From Podarcis bocagei (lineage: Eukaryota): a stretch of 64,000 bases of DNA. The notes beneath the pieces are model-generated. The model was not told where the DNA came from and searched no databases. It saw only the letters and a list, made by a program, of their open reading frames with translations. The stretch is from the NCBI GenBank assembly GCA_964188305.1, contig OZ076885.1. One strand, 5' to 3'. Each line of letters opens with the position of its first letter. Within the stretch, counting starts at the first letter, position 1. A program made the translations under genes and the position numbers. Positions 1-11,689 of the stretch are shown here, one piece after another.

Positions 1-1728
1 TGAAAAAAGTGCAAATGCCTTTACTGAATCCAAGCGCCCCTGCTTCCAAAGTTGACAGTAGGGCTCCTTTTGCAATGGGCTGGTGGTGTATGTGGGGTAC
101 GAAACAATACAAGCAAGGGAATCAGACGTTCCCTCTAAACAAGCAGACAGCACTTCTAATCACACAATAGATCTCTGTGTTTCTTTGTATTCTTCATACG
201 ATAGGGACACACCTGCCTGCAGTCCCCTACATTGCGTAATATGCCTTTTTGAAGGGTTGTCTGACCAACAAGCAGCTTAATACATGTGGATATTGAGAGT
301 CTGCAGCAGGTAATGGTGGGAGGACTTGATATAGGCATAGTTTTCAAACCAAGCTGATGCAGATGTTTCTTCCTGTACCAGTAAATGGATTTAAAACAAA
401 CAAAACAAAAACCTCCCAGTCTCTGCTCCTGGAGAGACTAGGATCTTGAGGTAGCCTGGAACCTCTAGGCAATAGTTTAAAGCTTGAGAATTCGGTCTGC
501 ATTGATGTCACCAAAGTATATATTGCATGCTGTTGTTTAAAATATATTTGACAATTAAGTTATTTTATACTGACTAAGCTATCAGACTCATTTTAAAGAG
601 CCTGATGCCAACTTTGCATTGATCTTAAAACTGAGGTAATAGCTGAACATGCAGCTGAGTAAAAGAGCATTACCACATTTATCCCAGCATAGTAAAACAT
701 ATGTGTGATGCTGCAAGAAAAGATTGCACTTATTGTTAATTAAATACACATTAATATTTTTCTGGAAGAAAAGAACACCAAGAGTTTGCCAAAGTATGGT
801 GGTAACCACTAAATGACTCTGAAGGAAATCAGTTGATGCAATATGCTTTCCGCTCTTTGCAGAGCGATACGCTGTCCTCCCCAGTTACCATTCAATGTTC
901 AGAGTTATGATTTTCCCCATAAAATGCATTTAGCACTATGGTAACAGGGCTAAGACATAAAACACATGCTGGCTGCATGGAGGCAAATCCAGTCCAGTTA
1001 ATAGGGTCATTTGCAGCTACTAAAGGAAAGTTTCCACATATCTATATTTTCCCCAAAACCACTGATTTGAATGTAAGGCTCTGGACTTGGTGGCTGGGAA
1101 TTTAGTTTCAGTGCTCCCCTGCTGTAGTCTTCAGAAAATTGCCTCCATCCTCTACCTTAACCCAACACTTCCTTGTGCCATTTCACATAATTGTTTTTGC
1201 TCAGTTTTGCTGCGATTAAAAGTTTTAAAAGTTCAGCCACCCAAGTTCAATGATTCTTGTATCTTAGCAGTCAATGATCTTTATCCTGATTCATATCTGA
1301 AGAATTACTAAAGCAAACAAATACTGTTAGGGGTTTTATTTGTTGCTGACACTTTACTTACCTCCAATCTATGTATTGTAGTGCCTTGTAACTCTTGGAA
1401 TTCTTGTTTTTGGTGCCTTACCACGCCCGCCATAAATGTTTCATAGTAAAAGTTATTGATGACACTAAAACTGGCCGTTGGCAAATGAGCAGAACAACTT
1501 TAAAAATACGGTCTAGCCTTTACAAGGCAACACAGGACAGCTTGTTGCACAGGCTTAATTGTGATCGGAGTGGGGTTCTTGAAATTATTTGCTCCCTTTT
1601 CATATAGGGAGCTGCAGCCAACTGGGCAGGAGGACTTTTGCAATGGTTAGGGATTTCTTCTCTAGAAAACTGGGCTGCATTGCAATGGAGGGTGTGTAAT
1701 GGGCTATGTTTCTGATATATAACTCGTT

Positions 1729-1734
1729 TTTATT
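1729..1734 (-). terminator. candidate HTR5B polyadenylation signal (AATAAA)
   Basis: First AATAAA on the minus strand after the stop. Another lies at 1335-1340. Usage cannot be verified from sequence. Confidence 0.35.
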
Positions 1735-1853
1735 GCTTAATTCCCACAGTCAAGCGAAATATGCAAACGGAATTACCTAGCAAACAAAATTTGTGTAAGT
1801 GAGCTTAGTACAATCCAATAGGTCTGGCAGCCATGCCCCCCCATTTGCTATTT

Positions 1854-2186
1854 TTACCTCTGCCTCACAAAAAGGTTCTTGAATGCATTGTTGTAGTTTT
1901 TGTTAAAAGCTGTATAAATCAGAGGGTTGAAGAAGGAGTTGGAGTAACCAAGCCAGAGGAAGATGCTTTTCCAGACTGGTGCTATGGTGCAGGAGCAGAG
2001 GGGGCTTATTAGTTCTGTGACAAAGAAGGGAATCCAGCAAAGTACAAACACACCAATTAAAATGCCAACCATCATAGCCGCTTTCTTCTCTTTCTGTTCT
2101 CTCCATGTTTCTCCATCTGTCTGGAAAGTGACAGTCGCATGACGAGCTGTAAACACCATCTGTGGCTGATGAGAAGCTTCTTTCAC
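1854..2186 (-). CDS. HTR5B: 5-hydroxytryptamine receptor 5B, coding exon 2 (ICL3 to TM6, TM7 and C-tail; 110 aa + stop)
   Basis: Encodes [41 protein letters not shown]...CWIPFF...NSFFNPLIY...FVRQR*, typical of the 5-HT5 C-terminal half. Acceptor is ttttatgtcaag|GTG at 2186, phase 0, matching exon 1. Stop TAA at 1854-1856. Confidence 0.93.
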   Translation of the reverse strand: MKEASHQPQMVFTARHATVTFQTDGETWREQKEKKAAMMVGILIGVFVLCWIPFFVTELISPLCSCTIAPVWKSIFLWLGYSNSFFNPLIYTAFNKNYNNAFKNLFVRQR

Positions 2187-2324
2187 CTTGACATAAAAGC
2201 AAACAGGAATTATTACCAAGACAGTTTTGTTTAAGTAAAGGATTTCTACACACACACACACACCCCTTCACTGCTTTTCAAATGACAGACCAGCTGTGCC
2301 CAAGCCCAAACTCTAGACTTCAAC

Positions 2325-2326
<2 letters not shown>

Positions 2327-2372
<46 letters not shown>
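2327..2372. repeat. (GT)23 microsatellite
   Basis: Read directly. Other CA/GT tracts occur at about 9118-9155, 14461-14494 and 48008-48046. Confidence 0.95.
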
Positions 2373-2373
<1 letters not shown>

Positions 2374-2877
2374 GCAAGACTTCTGCTAGGGTGGAGGGAG
2401 GCAAGAAAAATAAAGATCAGGACAGAACTACGTTGCCCCGTTATTCACTCCTGCAACATACAGCACAAACTACTGCTCAAATAAGTCACTACCTCAAATA
2501 AGTCAGAATCCAAAGGCTGGTGAGGTCTTGTGCATGGATTTATGCCTTTCAAGCCATTTTGCCCTAAACCTATTCCCCTTGCTCTCAAGCAGTGCAAAGT
2601 AACATCTGACGCAACACAAGGAAAGCAAAAATGGCAATGTCTCCAGGTGAACATCTGCACATAAATGGGCTTTTTAAAATCCTAGTCATACTGTTTGGCA
2701 CTTTTGTTAGAGTGATCCAACGTTTGGCTAGATGGGAGAGCCAAAGGAAAACTGACCCTCTCTCCTCTAACCTATAGAAATGTATCCCCCTGTCCAAAGC
2801 GCACACACACACACACCCCACAGACAGGGCACTACAGCAGCATCAATAACTAATGGAATAAACCATAGAATGAACAA

Positions 2878-4214
2878 CAACAGTCAAGCTTGCAAAAAAT
2901 TATCATTTGCCCGATAATAAATGTTGGAAATGTAATGAAATTGAAGGTACATTCTTTCACCTTTGGTGGACATGCCCAAAGATTAAGGCATTCTGGGAGA
3001 TGATCTATAATGAAATGAAAAAGGTATTTAAATATACCTTTATAAAGAAACCAGAGGCCTTTCTCCTGGGCATGGTGGGCCAGTTGGTGCCAAAGAAGGA
3101 CAGAGTTTTTTTCATGTATGCCACAACAGCAGCAAGAATACTTATCGCTAAGCATTGGAAGACACAAGACCTACCTACCAGGGAAGAATGGCAGATGAAG
3201 CTGATGGATTACATGGAATTGGCGGAAATGACTGGTAGAATCCGAGACCAGGGAGAAGAGTCGGTGGAAGAAGATTGGAAAAAATTTAAAGTATATTTAC
3301 AGAAATATTCTAAAATTAATGAATGTTAGAAGGATGCTGGAAAGAAGCTACATGACTTTAGTAGAAATACTATAAAGAATTAAGTATGAATAGATTGATA
3401 TTGGGTAAAGGGGTAAATTTAAGGCTAAAATGTGTTAAGATAAATTATGGAACTAAATTTGAGAAAGAGGGAAAGAACTTGCTGGAATAATTAATTGAAC
3501 TAGAATACAAAAAAGGAGGTGTGAGGAAGTCGAGGAAATAAGCAAATGAAAGATAAGGATATGAGAATACGGGGTTCTTTTTATTTTTGTTTGTTCTTTT
3601 TTTGGGTTCCTTAAATGCTTTTGCTTTTTCTTTTTTGCTTTTTTTTGTATTGTTGATGTTTTGTATTACTGTATTTATTTTTGTTTCTGAGGCTTTGTAA
3701 TTGTTTATTGCTTGTACAGTGGTGCCCCGCAAGACGAAATTAATTCGTTCCGCAAGTTTTGTCGTCTAGCGAATTTTTCGTCTTGCGAATCACGAAATCC
3801 CATAGGAATGCATTGAAAATCAATTAATGCGTTCCTATGGTCAAAAAAAGTCCAAACAAAGCCAAATTTGGTACAACAACAGTTTATTAACTGCTCTTTA
3901 AAGTCACACATACTGTAAAGAGCAGTTCAAAAATTGAAGGGAAAATAAATTAACTTTATAAACAAAACATGTCTTTGTTTTTAGACAAAGGAAACAAAGT
4001 CGCGAGACGTTTTCGTCTTGCGAAGCAAGCCCATAGGGAAATTCGTCTTGCGAGGCAAATCGAAAATGGAAAAACCTTTCGTCTAGCGAGTTTTTTGTCT
4101 TGCGAGGCATTCGTCTTGCGAGGTACCACTGTATTTCTTTTTTGTTTCTCTTTTCTTTTCTTTTTTCTCTCTGTAATGTTTAAACTTTAATAAATATTTT
4201 TTTAAAAATAAATA
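2878..4214 (+). mobile_element. 5'-truncated L1-clade LINE (ORF2 C-terminus plus 3' UTR) in the HTR5B intron
   Basis: ORF2 end with CCHC-type motif CWKC...HLWWTCP (2907-3329) and a (TAAA)n tail. 21-bp TSD aataaaccatagaatgaacaa at 2857-2877 and 4215-4235. Confidence 0.9.
3717..4131. mobile_element. Tc1/mariner (pogo/Tigger-like) MITE nested in the L1 3' UTR
   Basis: TA TSDs; 22-bp TIRs cagtggt(g/a)cc(c/t)cgcaagacgaa. Confidence 0.85.
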
Positions 4215-5104
4215 AATAAACCATAGAATGAACAAGATGGATTCTATCCCGTTCTTCCACTGCTAGATGTCTTTGAACTGACCGTCATCACATGAGAGCC
4301 CAGGGTGGTTTAATCTAGCAGAGGCTAACATCAACAGGAGAAAGCAGAAAGATTGTTTTTTTTATCAATTAACCCTTCCCTGTGGGTCCCCCTCCAAAAA
4401 AAGAATACACTAGTCTGCCTCAAAATGTTGCACCCTCTGACTTGAATCATACACACAACACTGGAATGACCCAATCTGTTTGCTCTTTGAATGGCTAATA
4501 TTGCTGGAAAATGTTACTGGAAAACTAAAACAACCACAAGCACCAGCAGCAGCACTGCAGGACTTGCCTGATAGTGGTTGATGAACAGTAATGAGGAGAA
4601 GCTCTGGTGCTGAACCCAGCTCCAATTAAGGGCTTCCGGGTGACATCCAATGACTTCCCCATGCTTGTGCAACAGAAATCCACTCATGCAGTGGGACGTC
4701 TGGTCTTTCTCCCACTTCAGCCCACCAAATCAGCTGGAGATGCTCCCATGTAGGGGAAGCAGCAGGATAGTAAGGAGAAGCCTTTGTTGGATCTTACTCT
4801 TTGTATGAGGCTTTACTGACAAACAGCAGAGACCCAACATGAGGTACAGCTCTTTCTGGGACTGCTCCAGGCCTAAAGAATGCTCTGTCTGTCTGTCCTC
4901 AGCTTTATTCAGTAATCCAACTACAAAGGAATGGACAAAACATAATCATTATCACTGAAGTGAGAAATTAATAGGCATTTAATGTTGCTTTGCCCAACTC
5001 AGGGTTCCATCTCTAAGGGCCTGACTGTTTTGAACCTCTTTAGTATGAGAGGAGGGTAGCAGCCCCAGAAAGGCTAAGTGTGAGCAAAAAGAAACTTATC
5101 AGTC

Positions 5105-6430
5105 CCCGAGGTGGTTATCACCAGTGGAAGCCAAGATCTCTAAAAAAAGGCCCAATATGGAGGCCTACTGGCCAAAATATTGGGAATTGATTGAAAGAGT
5201 TGGAGATAACTGGAAGCTCCAAAGCCAGGACAAATTAAAAAGTAAGGTGCGAGATTGGTTACATTATGCTCAAATTCAAGAGGTATTTAAAACGGATAAA
5301 AAAGTGGGTTTTCAGTTGGAGAAATCGAAACTGGAGACGGAGTTACTAGAACCAAAGACTAAGGTACTTTCGAGGATGTATGACTTGCTGCTTAAATGGA
5401 ACACACAGGATGAGACAGTTAAATCTGCTATGATAAAATGGGCACAGGATGTAGGACACAACATTATGTCTGAGGACTGGGAAAGGTTATGGAACACCGA
5501 TATGAAATTCACGGCATGTAGTGCCTTGAAAGAGAACATTATGAAAATGGTATACCGGTGGTACATGACCCCAGTCAAGTTGGCTAAAATATATCATCTT
5601 TCTGATAATAAGTGTTGGAAATGCAAGGAGGCAGAAGGGACATTCTTTCACCTCTGGTGGACCTGCCCGAAAGTAAAGGCCTTCTGGGAAATGATACATA
5701 ATGAGCTGAAAAAGGTATTCAAATATACCTTTTCTAAGAAACCAGAGGCCTTTCTTCTGGGCATGGTGGACCGGAAGGTGCCAAAGAAGGATAGAACCTT
5801 GTTTATGTATGCAACCACAGCAGCAAGGATTCTTATTGCAAAGTTCTGGAAGACACCAGATCTACCCACACTGGAGGACTGGCAGACGCAGCTGATGGAC
5901 TACATGGAGTTGGCAGAAATGACTGGCAGAATCCGAGATCTGAGCGAAGAAACAATGGAGGAAGACTGGAAAAAATTTAAGGACTATTTGCAAAAATACT
6001 ATAAGTTGTTTGAATGTTAAGATTGTGCACGATTAAGAAACGTCATGCTTCTGCAATTCATCTAAGTAAATGATAAAGTAAGTAATGATGAAAAAACGAG
6101 ATAATTTAGAAACAAAATATTATGTTTATTAAAAGTCTTGAAAACAAATTACAAACTTTCGAAATTGGTAACATAATAAACTCAAAGGTACAATAAGATG
6201 TGAAATAAGATAATAAATTGCTGCACTGGTTAGAATAATGAAAGCAATGTTGAGAGGATGTGAGGAGGTCCAAAAGAAAGTGAATTTGATGATATTTAAC
6301 TTTTATCTTCTTCTTTTTTTTTACTTTTCTTCATATATTAAAAAAAATATGTTTCTTGTATGTTGCTATGTAAATTAATCTGTTAACCTATGGAAAGAAA
6401 CGCAATAAAAAATTTTATAAAAAAAAAAAA
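5105..6430 (+). mobile_element. 5'-truncated young L1-clade LINE in the HTR5B intron
   Basis: Uninterrupted ORF2 C-terminus of about 300 codons ending at 6020, with the CWKC..H..C motif. AATAAA at 6404 and a poly(A) tail. TSD aacttatcagtc at 5093-5104 and 6433-6444. Confidence 0.92.
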
Positions 6431-9113
6431 GTAACTTATCAGTCATCAGGGTGGATAGTGCAGTCTTTTCCTACAAGTGAGAGACATGACTCTGAAACCT
6501 ATGCTAGGAAATAGAAGGGCATTTATTTGCCTATTCTTCCTCCTCTCTGCATTACTATTCTCATGATTCTCAACCAATAAATCAATGACTACAGATCTTT
6601 GCCCTGGATCTATATTAGTAGCCTAAGCAAATGCTTCTCTGTTGAACTTGCACAGGGAAAAAACCGAAATTGCTATAGTAACAGAAATTGGTAAGTGGGG
6701 CTGGGAGTATACCTGCCAGTTTCACTTCAGACTTTACTGCCTCCAGGACATGCAGTAAATATAGTCTGCCTCACTGATTTGTTCTCCTTCCTGCTGCTTC
6801 AGGTGTTTCCTGTCATCCTGGACCCTTTTCTGCAGCCTCCTCTCCTTTGTATTTGCTTCTACCTGCATCAAAAGTCCTGGCAACCAGAACTGAGCACCCT
6901 GGTCTACTTTGATCCTAACATAAAAGGCTTGTCCCTTCAGATGATTAATTGCCAGGAATGTTAGCAAACCTTATCCTGCTAGCAACCTTACCTGTAGTGA
7001 TCCCATTGATGGCAGTGGGACTACATTAAAACAAAATATATTGTCCATTTTATGTCCTAATTCTGTTGCATGTGCAAGGCCTACTGAATTTAAGGGGGCC
7101 TCCCCCCCATTCCTCCAAGCAGATATAGGGTTGAAGCCACAGTTACAAACAAACAAAAAACTGAATCGATTTCCTGTGTGCAAAGATTAGGGGCCCCACC
7201 AGACAACCTGTTTATTGAGCATTCATCATGATTTGCTTGCACAAATCAGGAGATTAGATTATATTGTCTTTATTGAGCATTCATTCCGATTTGTTTGCTG
7301 CAATGAGCATTTGTCCTGCATTCCTGATTTGCTGGCAGGCTTTTTATACATCACCCCATTAATCAATTGTTCATCTAACACTTTTCATTGTGTTTCCCTG
7401 TCACTTTCCTAACAGTAGAAAGTCTGGGGATTATTATTTTTTAAGTGGATTTGTTGCACTAGGGCAATAGAACTCCTTAATCCATTTAAAACGTGCAAGC
7501 CTAAAGTTCCTATGTGTGCTTGAGCCACTCCTGTGAAATAGCGATAGCTTGCAGGTACCCCAAGTCTTGTTAACTCTGCACAACACCTCTTCCTTTCCCA
7601 AAAAGATAACATTGGCTCAATGTTTCTTATCGCTTGTCCATTCCTTCTATGTTTTATTTCAATATTGAAACAAGGACACAGAGAATAAAGAACTCCAACA
7701 AACATATTTCCAAAAATGTGCAGAATGTCAATAACCTATTTCTATCTGGAATGTGACTAATCAATCTCCTTCATAGATCATATCAGAATACCAGGAAAAT
7801 GAAGAACCCAGCTTCGTAGTCCTTGCCCAGGCAAGTTTGATTACACTGGAAGAGAGTGCAGTGACTATCACTCTGCTCACTTGAAGCATCAGTAGCACTA
7901 GTAGCTGGCATTGTTAGTTATAATTAAAACTGCTCCACTGTAAAGCCAAGCACGAAAGAAAGGTTTCAAGACAATGGTGTGCACACGATGAAATAAAAAG
8001 ACAGGCTTAAAATAAAGAAATTCATTTTGGGTTGGGACTGTATATAAGGACCTTTTGCCTATCAAGAAAGGAAAATGGACTGGGGATAGTGGAGCGCTTT
8101 CCTAATCAAGGATGCTAAGAGACTTATGCTGTAATCCTATCCAAATTTACATAGAAGAAAGGCCCATTTAATTCAGCTGAGGTTACTTTGACATAAATGT
8201 GAGTAGCAACCTGCTGTTGCTTGCAACAACTAGATCTGTATGTGCATTCCCCAAAATGTAACCGTTATATTCAGGTGCCAATTCACACATTCAGATAAAT
8301 TGAAAGTTGCAAAACACGCAACAGCTTTACCATGATAATACACTAATCTAATAAAGGCAGCACCATTATCTTTGCTGCACCTTCCCCTCCCACATGGTGA
8401 CATGATGAAGATCTAAGGGCCCCTTGGGGTTTACGATCCACAATTCCCTCCGCCCTTGCTTAATATGATAAGAAGTATTTTTCAAGTACTATTAAGTATT
8501 TGCCTTAAGAAATGAAGATTTTTGTCCAACACATCAAGTTGCAGTTTACCAAAACATTAGTAACGTGGTGCATGTTTACTCAGAAATAAGTCCCACTAAT
8601 TTTTCAATGGGGCTTAATCCCAAGGACTGCACTCTCAAATTTCAGTATGTGTGCGCGCACACATTCTCTTGTGTCTGTGTATCTTATTTCCAGACACAGC
8701 ATTATACAAATTTTGTTTTTAATATCACAAAAAATGGTATCTATCAAAGTTCTTTCTCTGCCTACAAAAAAAGCAAATGATTGCAAACTTGAAAATTATG
8801 GAGGCAATGACATAGGAAATGCAATTTTTAAAAAAGTCAGAAGGTTAAGCTTTTGTGGACTACAGCCATGTTATCACATGAATGCAGTATTATTCTAGGC
8901 TGCCCATGTAGTGGTGGGACTGTAATGCAGAAAAGTGCAATGAGAGTTTTGTAATTAACAGCGGGAGTTTTCCAAAACTGTTCTTGATAACAACTGCATC
9001 ATTATACCAGTAAGCCAAAAAACAAAACAAAACAAAGAATCTGATAAAAATCCTCTCGGTTTTACAGTCATCATCCCCCGGAAAGAAACAATTCCATCTT
9101 CTTGTCCTCACAA

Positions 9114-9157
<44 letters not shown>

Positions 9158-9525
9158 CTCAAGATAACACTTCATGCATCTTATGAAGTGGACTATAGTT
9201 ATCATGCAATTATACATTTTGTTAGTCTTTAATTTGCTACAAGTCTCATTGTTCTTTTTGCTGCAACCAACTAACATGGCTAACCCCCGCCCCCCGGAAA
9301 TTGCTACCATGGATTTTGGACACACTTGAATGAATTAAAGCTGGAATCTGTCACAGTCATTCACATCAAGCCGTGCAAGGAAGCTATAGGGAAATCAACT
9401 GGGATCATTTATGAACTGAAACGACAGGCACTGAAGATCAAGCCCAGACAATGTAAACTTTTGTTGCTGACTTCAATGGTATGGAGACTGTGACCAGCAT
9501 GAGAAATGGTAGTACATATTAATAT

Positions 9526-9633
9526 GGATAGCTCAGTCGGCAGAACATGAGATTCTTAATCCCAGAGCCATGGGTTCAAGCCTCACATCGGGTGAAAGAT
9601 TTCTGCATTGCACCCTTGCAACTCTACAATTCT
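9526..9633 (+). mobile_element. degenerate tRNA-Lys(CTT)-derived SINE with CR1-like tail
   Basis: Head ggatagctcagtcggcagaacatgagattcttaatc...gggttcaagcc followed by a caactctacaattcta tail. The stems are broken, so this is not a functional tRNA. Confidence 0.6.
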
Positions 9634-10127
9634 ATCAATAGCAATTCCTTATGATAGCTAAGTAGAACCTCCTTATTCAGAGGCAGTAGGCCTTTGAATA
9701 CCAGGCGCTCAGGGAATGCAGCGAAAGAGCCATGCAGCAAGTGAGCTCCCTTTGTAGGCATTCTAGAAGCACCTGGCTGGCTAGGAAAGAGGAGACTGTA
9801 ATAAACAGGCCTGACCACCCACTCTCCTCTCTTATCTCCTTTACGTGACATGCAAAGTTCATTCCTGCATATTCTACCTCCCCCACAATTCATCTTCACG
9901 AGTGGCTGTGAGTTAAGAAATGCACACAGGTGGATTTGGTTATGTAGCTGCTGATGCATAGATGGACAGACAAATGATGACTCTAAGAGAAAGACTTCAT
10001 TTCCAAACTCTTTGCCACAAGCAAGTATGCGTGACAGAATAATTCAATACATAGTTAAACCATTCTGTAATACACCAAAACAGTGCAGAGAGCTGGGGGA
10101 GATGTGTGCATGCCAGCGATATTGATA

Positions 10128-10352
10128 CAGTGGTACTTTGATTTAAGAACAGCCCTGTTTACGAACTCCGCAAAACTGGAAGTAGTGTCCTGGTTTGCAA
10201 ACTTTACCTCGGTCTAAGAACAGAAGCCGGACGGTGGAAGGGCACCAGCGGTGGGAGGCCTCATTAGGGAAAGTGCGCCTTGGTTTAAGAATGGTTTCGG
10301 TTTAAGAATGGACTTCCGGGATGGATTAAGTTCGTAAACCAAGGTCCCACTG
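10128..10352. mobile_element. Tc1/mariner (Tigger-like) MITE
   Basis: TA|cagtggtactttgattta ... taaaccaaggtcccactg|TA. Confidence 0.75.
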
Positions 10353-11689
10353 TAATTCCCTTCCTACCAAAGAATGAGTCCCAAGATTGTTTATAATAAA
10401 AAGCACCCCATCAAAAAAATGAAAGGGGACACAGACACTATTAAAGAATCTTGAGGATTAACAGCGTAATCCTAAACAGCATAATACTTAACTCATAAAT
10501 TTATTTCTACTGCCTTCAATGGCACTGTGTGTTTAGGATTGCAGATGAAGACGACAGCAAACTCAATTTAATTGAACATGGTGTGGGCTTCCTTCTGTGT
10601 AAACATGTACATAATTGGGCCGCATTGTATAAATAAAAATATTAACCTTTTTCCGCTTTGGTTGTGCTAAAGGATAAAACAATGGAAAGCATTTATTATT
10701 TGCCTCATCTTAAAGCATTGTAAAACCTTAGAAGCACTGTACACCAAATACTTGTATTTACAATGGTTTCTTTCTTCACACAATGAGCATCAGCTTTTGA
10801 GGCTGCACACACACAAAAAAAGGAACACATAAGATGAAAACAGATTTCAAACCAGCTGTGTAATTTTGCACCTCCCCATTCATCCTGCCACACTGGCTGT
10901 CTAATGCCTGCATTATTCTACTTTCCATCTCAGATGTGCCACTCCACTCTCATCCTCTAGCTATTCCTAGCTGAACCTTTCTGTCCTGATGTTCACTTTT
11001 GCTGTTTCTAATACATCCAGAAGTCCCTACAGCTGTTCTATAAACTCTTCCCAAGGTTAGAGCTAACCCCGGAGCATAAATAACACTGAGTAACTTTCTC
11101 CTGACCCCACACCAGAGGTAGACACTCCCCGCAGCAGAGCGCAGAACTTCCAAGCAGGCTTGGAAAACCTACTCTTCACACTCAAGAAGCTAAGCAAAAG
11201 CTCCGCATAAACGCACTTCCTCCCCTTTTCACTGTGGCCCCCTGAATTTCCAGCTGCGTCCAGCTGCAAATTTCCAGCTTACATCTTTCAGCTTGCAAGT
11301 TTCAAAACTTGATTCCAAAAGAAAGAAAGAAGTTTTCATTCAAGGCTGCATAGACGTTTCAGGCTGCTTGAAGCAACTTTTCCAAAGGGCGAATGAATGC
11401 CTCTCCTTCCCAGCTTCAGTTGCTTTTGAAAAGATCTAAAATCCCGGAGCTTTGAAACCAAAGTCTGAACTGCGCTGGTTCGAAATAACCCTGGCTTGCA
11501 GCAAATGCTGTCTACACCTGCTCAACGGCCAAGTTCAACAATCAAACCTTGAATTGTTTGGATGCCTGCTGGTGAAACGCAGATTGAGATTCATGCTTGT
11601 TAAACTTCTCCGACCCACCGTTCGCCCTTATTGCCCTATTGCTCAACCACCCCTACTGTGTATGCTGGGCCTTCTGTGTATGCTGCGCG

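Noticed and set aside
5124-6020. 298-aa ORF as a nested host gene
   Set aside because: It is the 5'-truncated ORF2 end of an L1, with poly(A) and TSD.
9526-9598. tRNA-Lys gene
   Set aside because: The stems are mismatched, the 5' end is incomplete, and it continues into a SINE tail.
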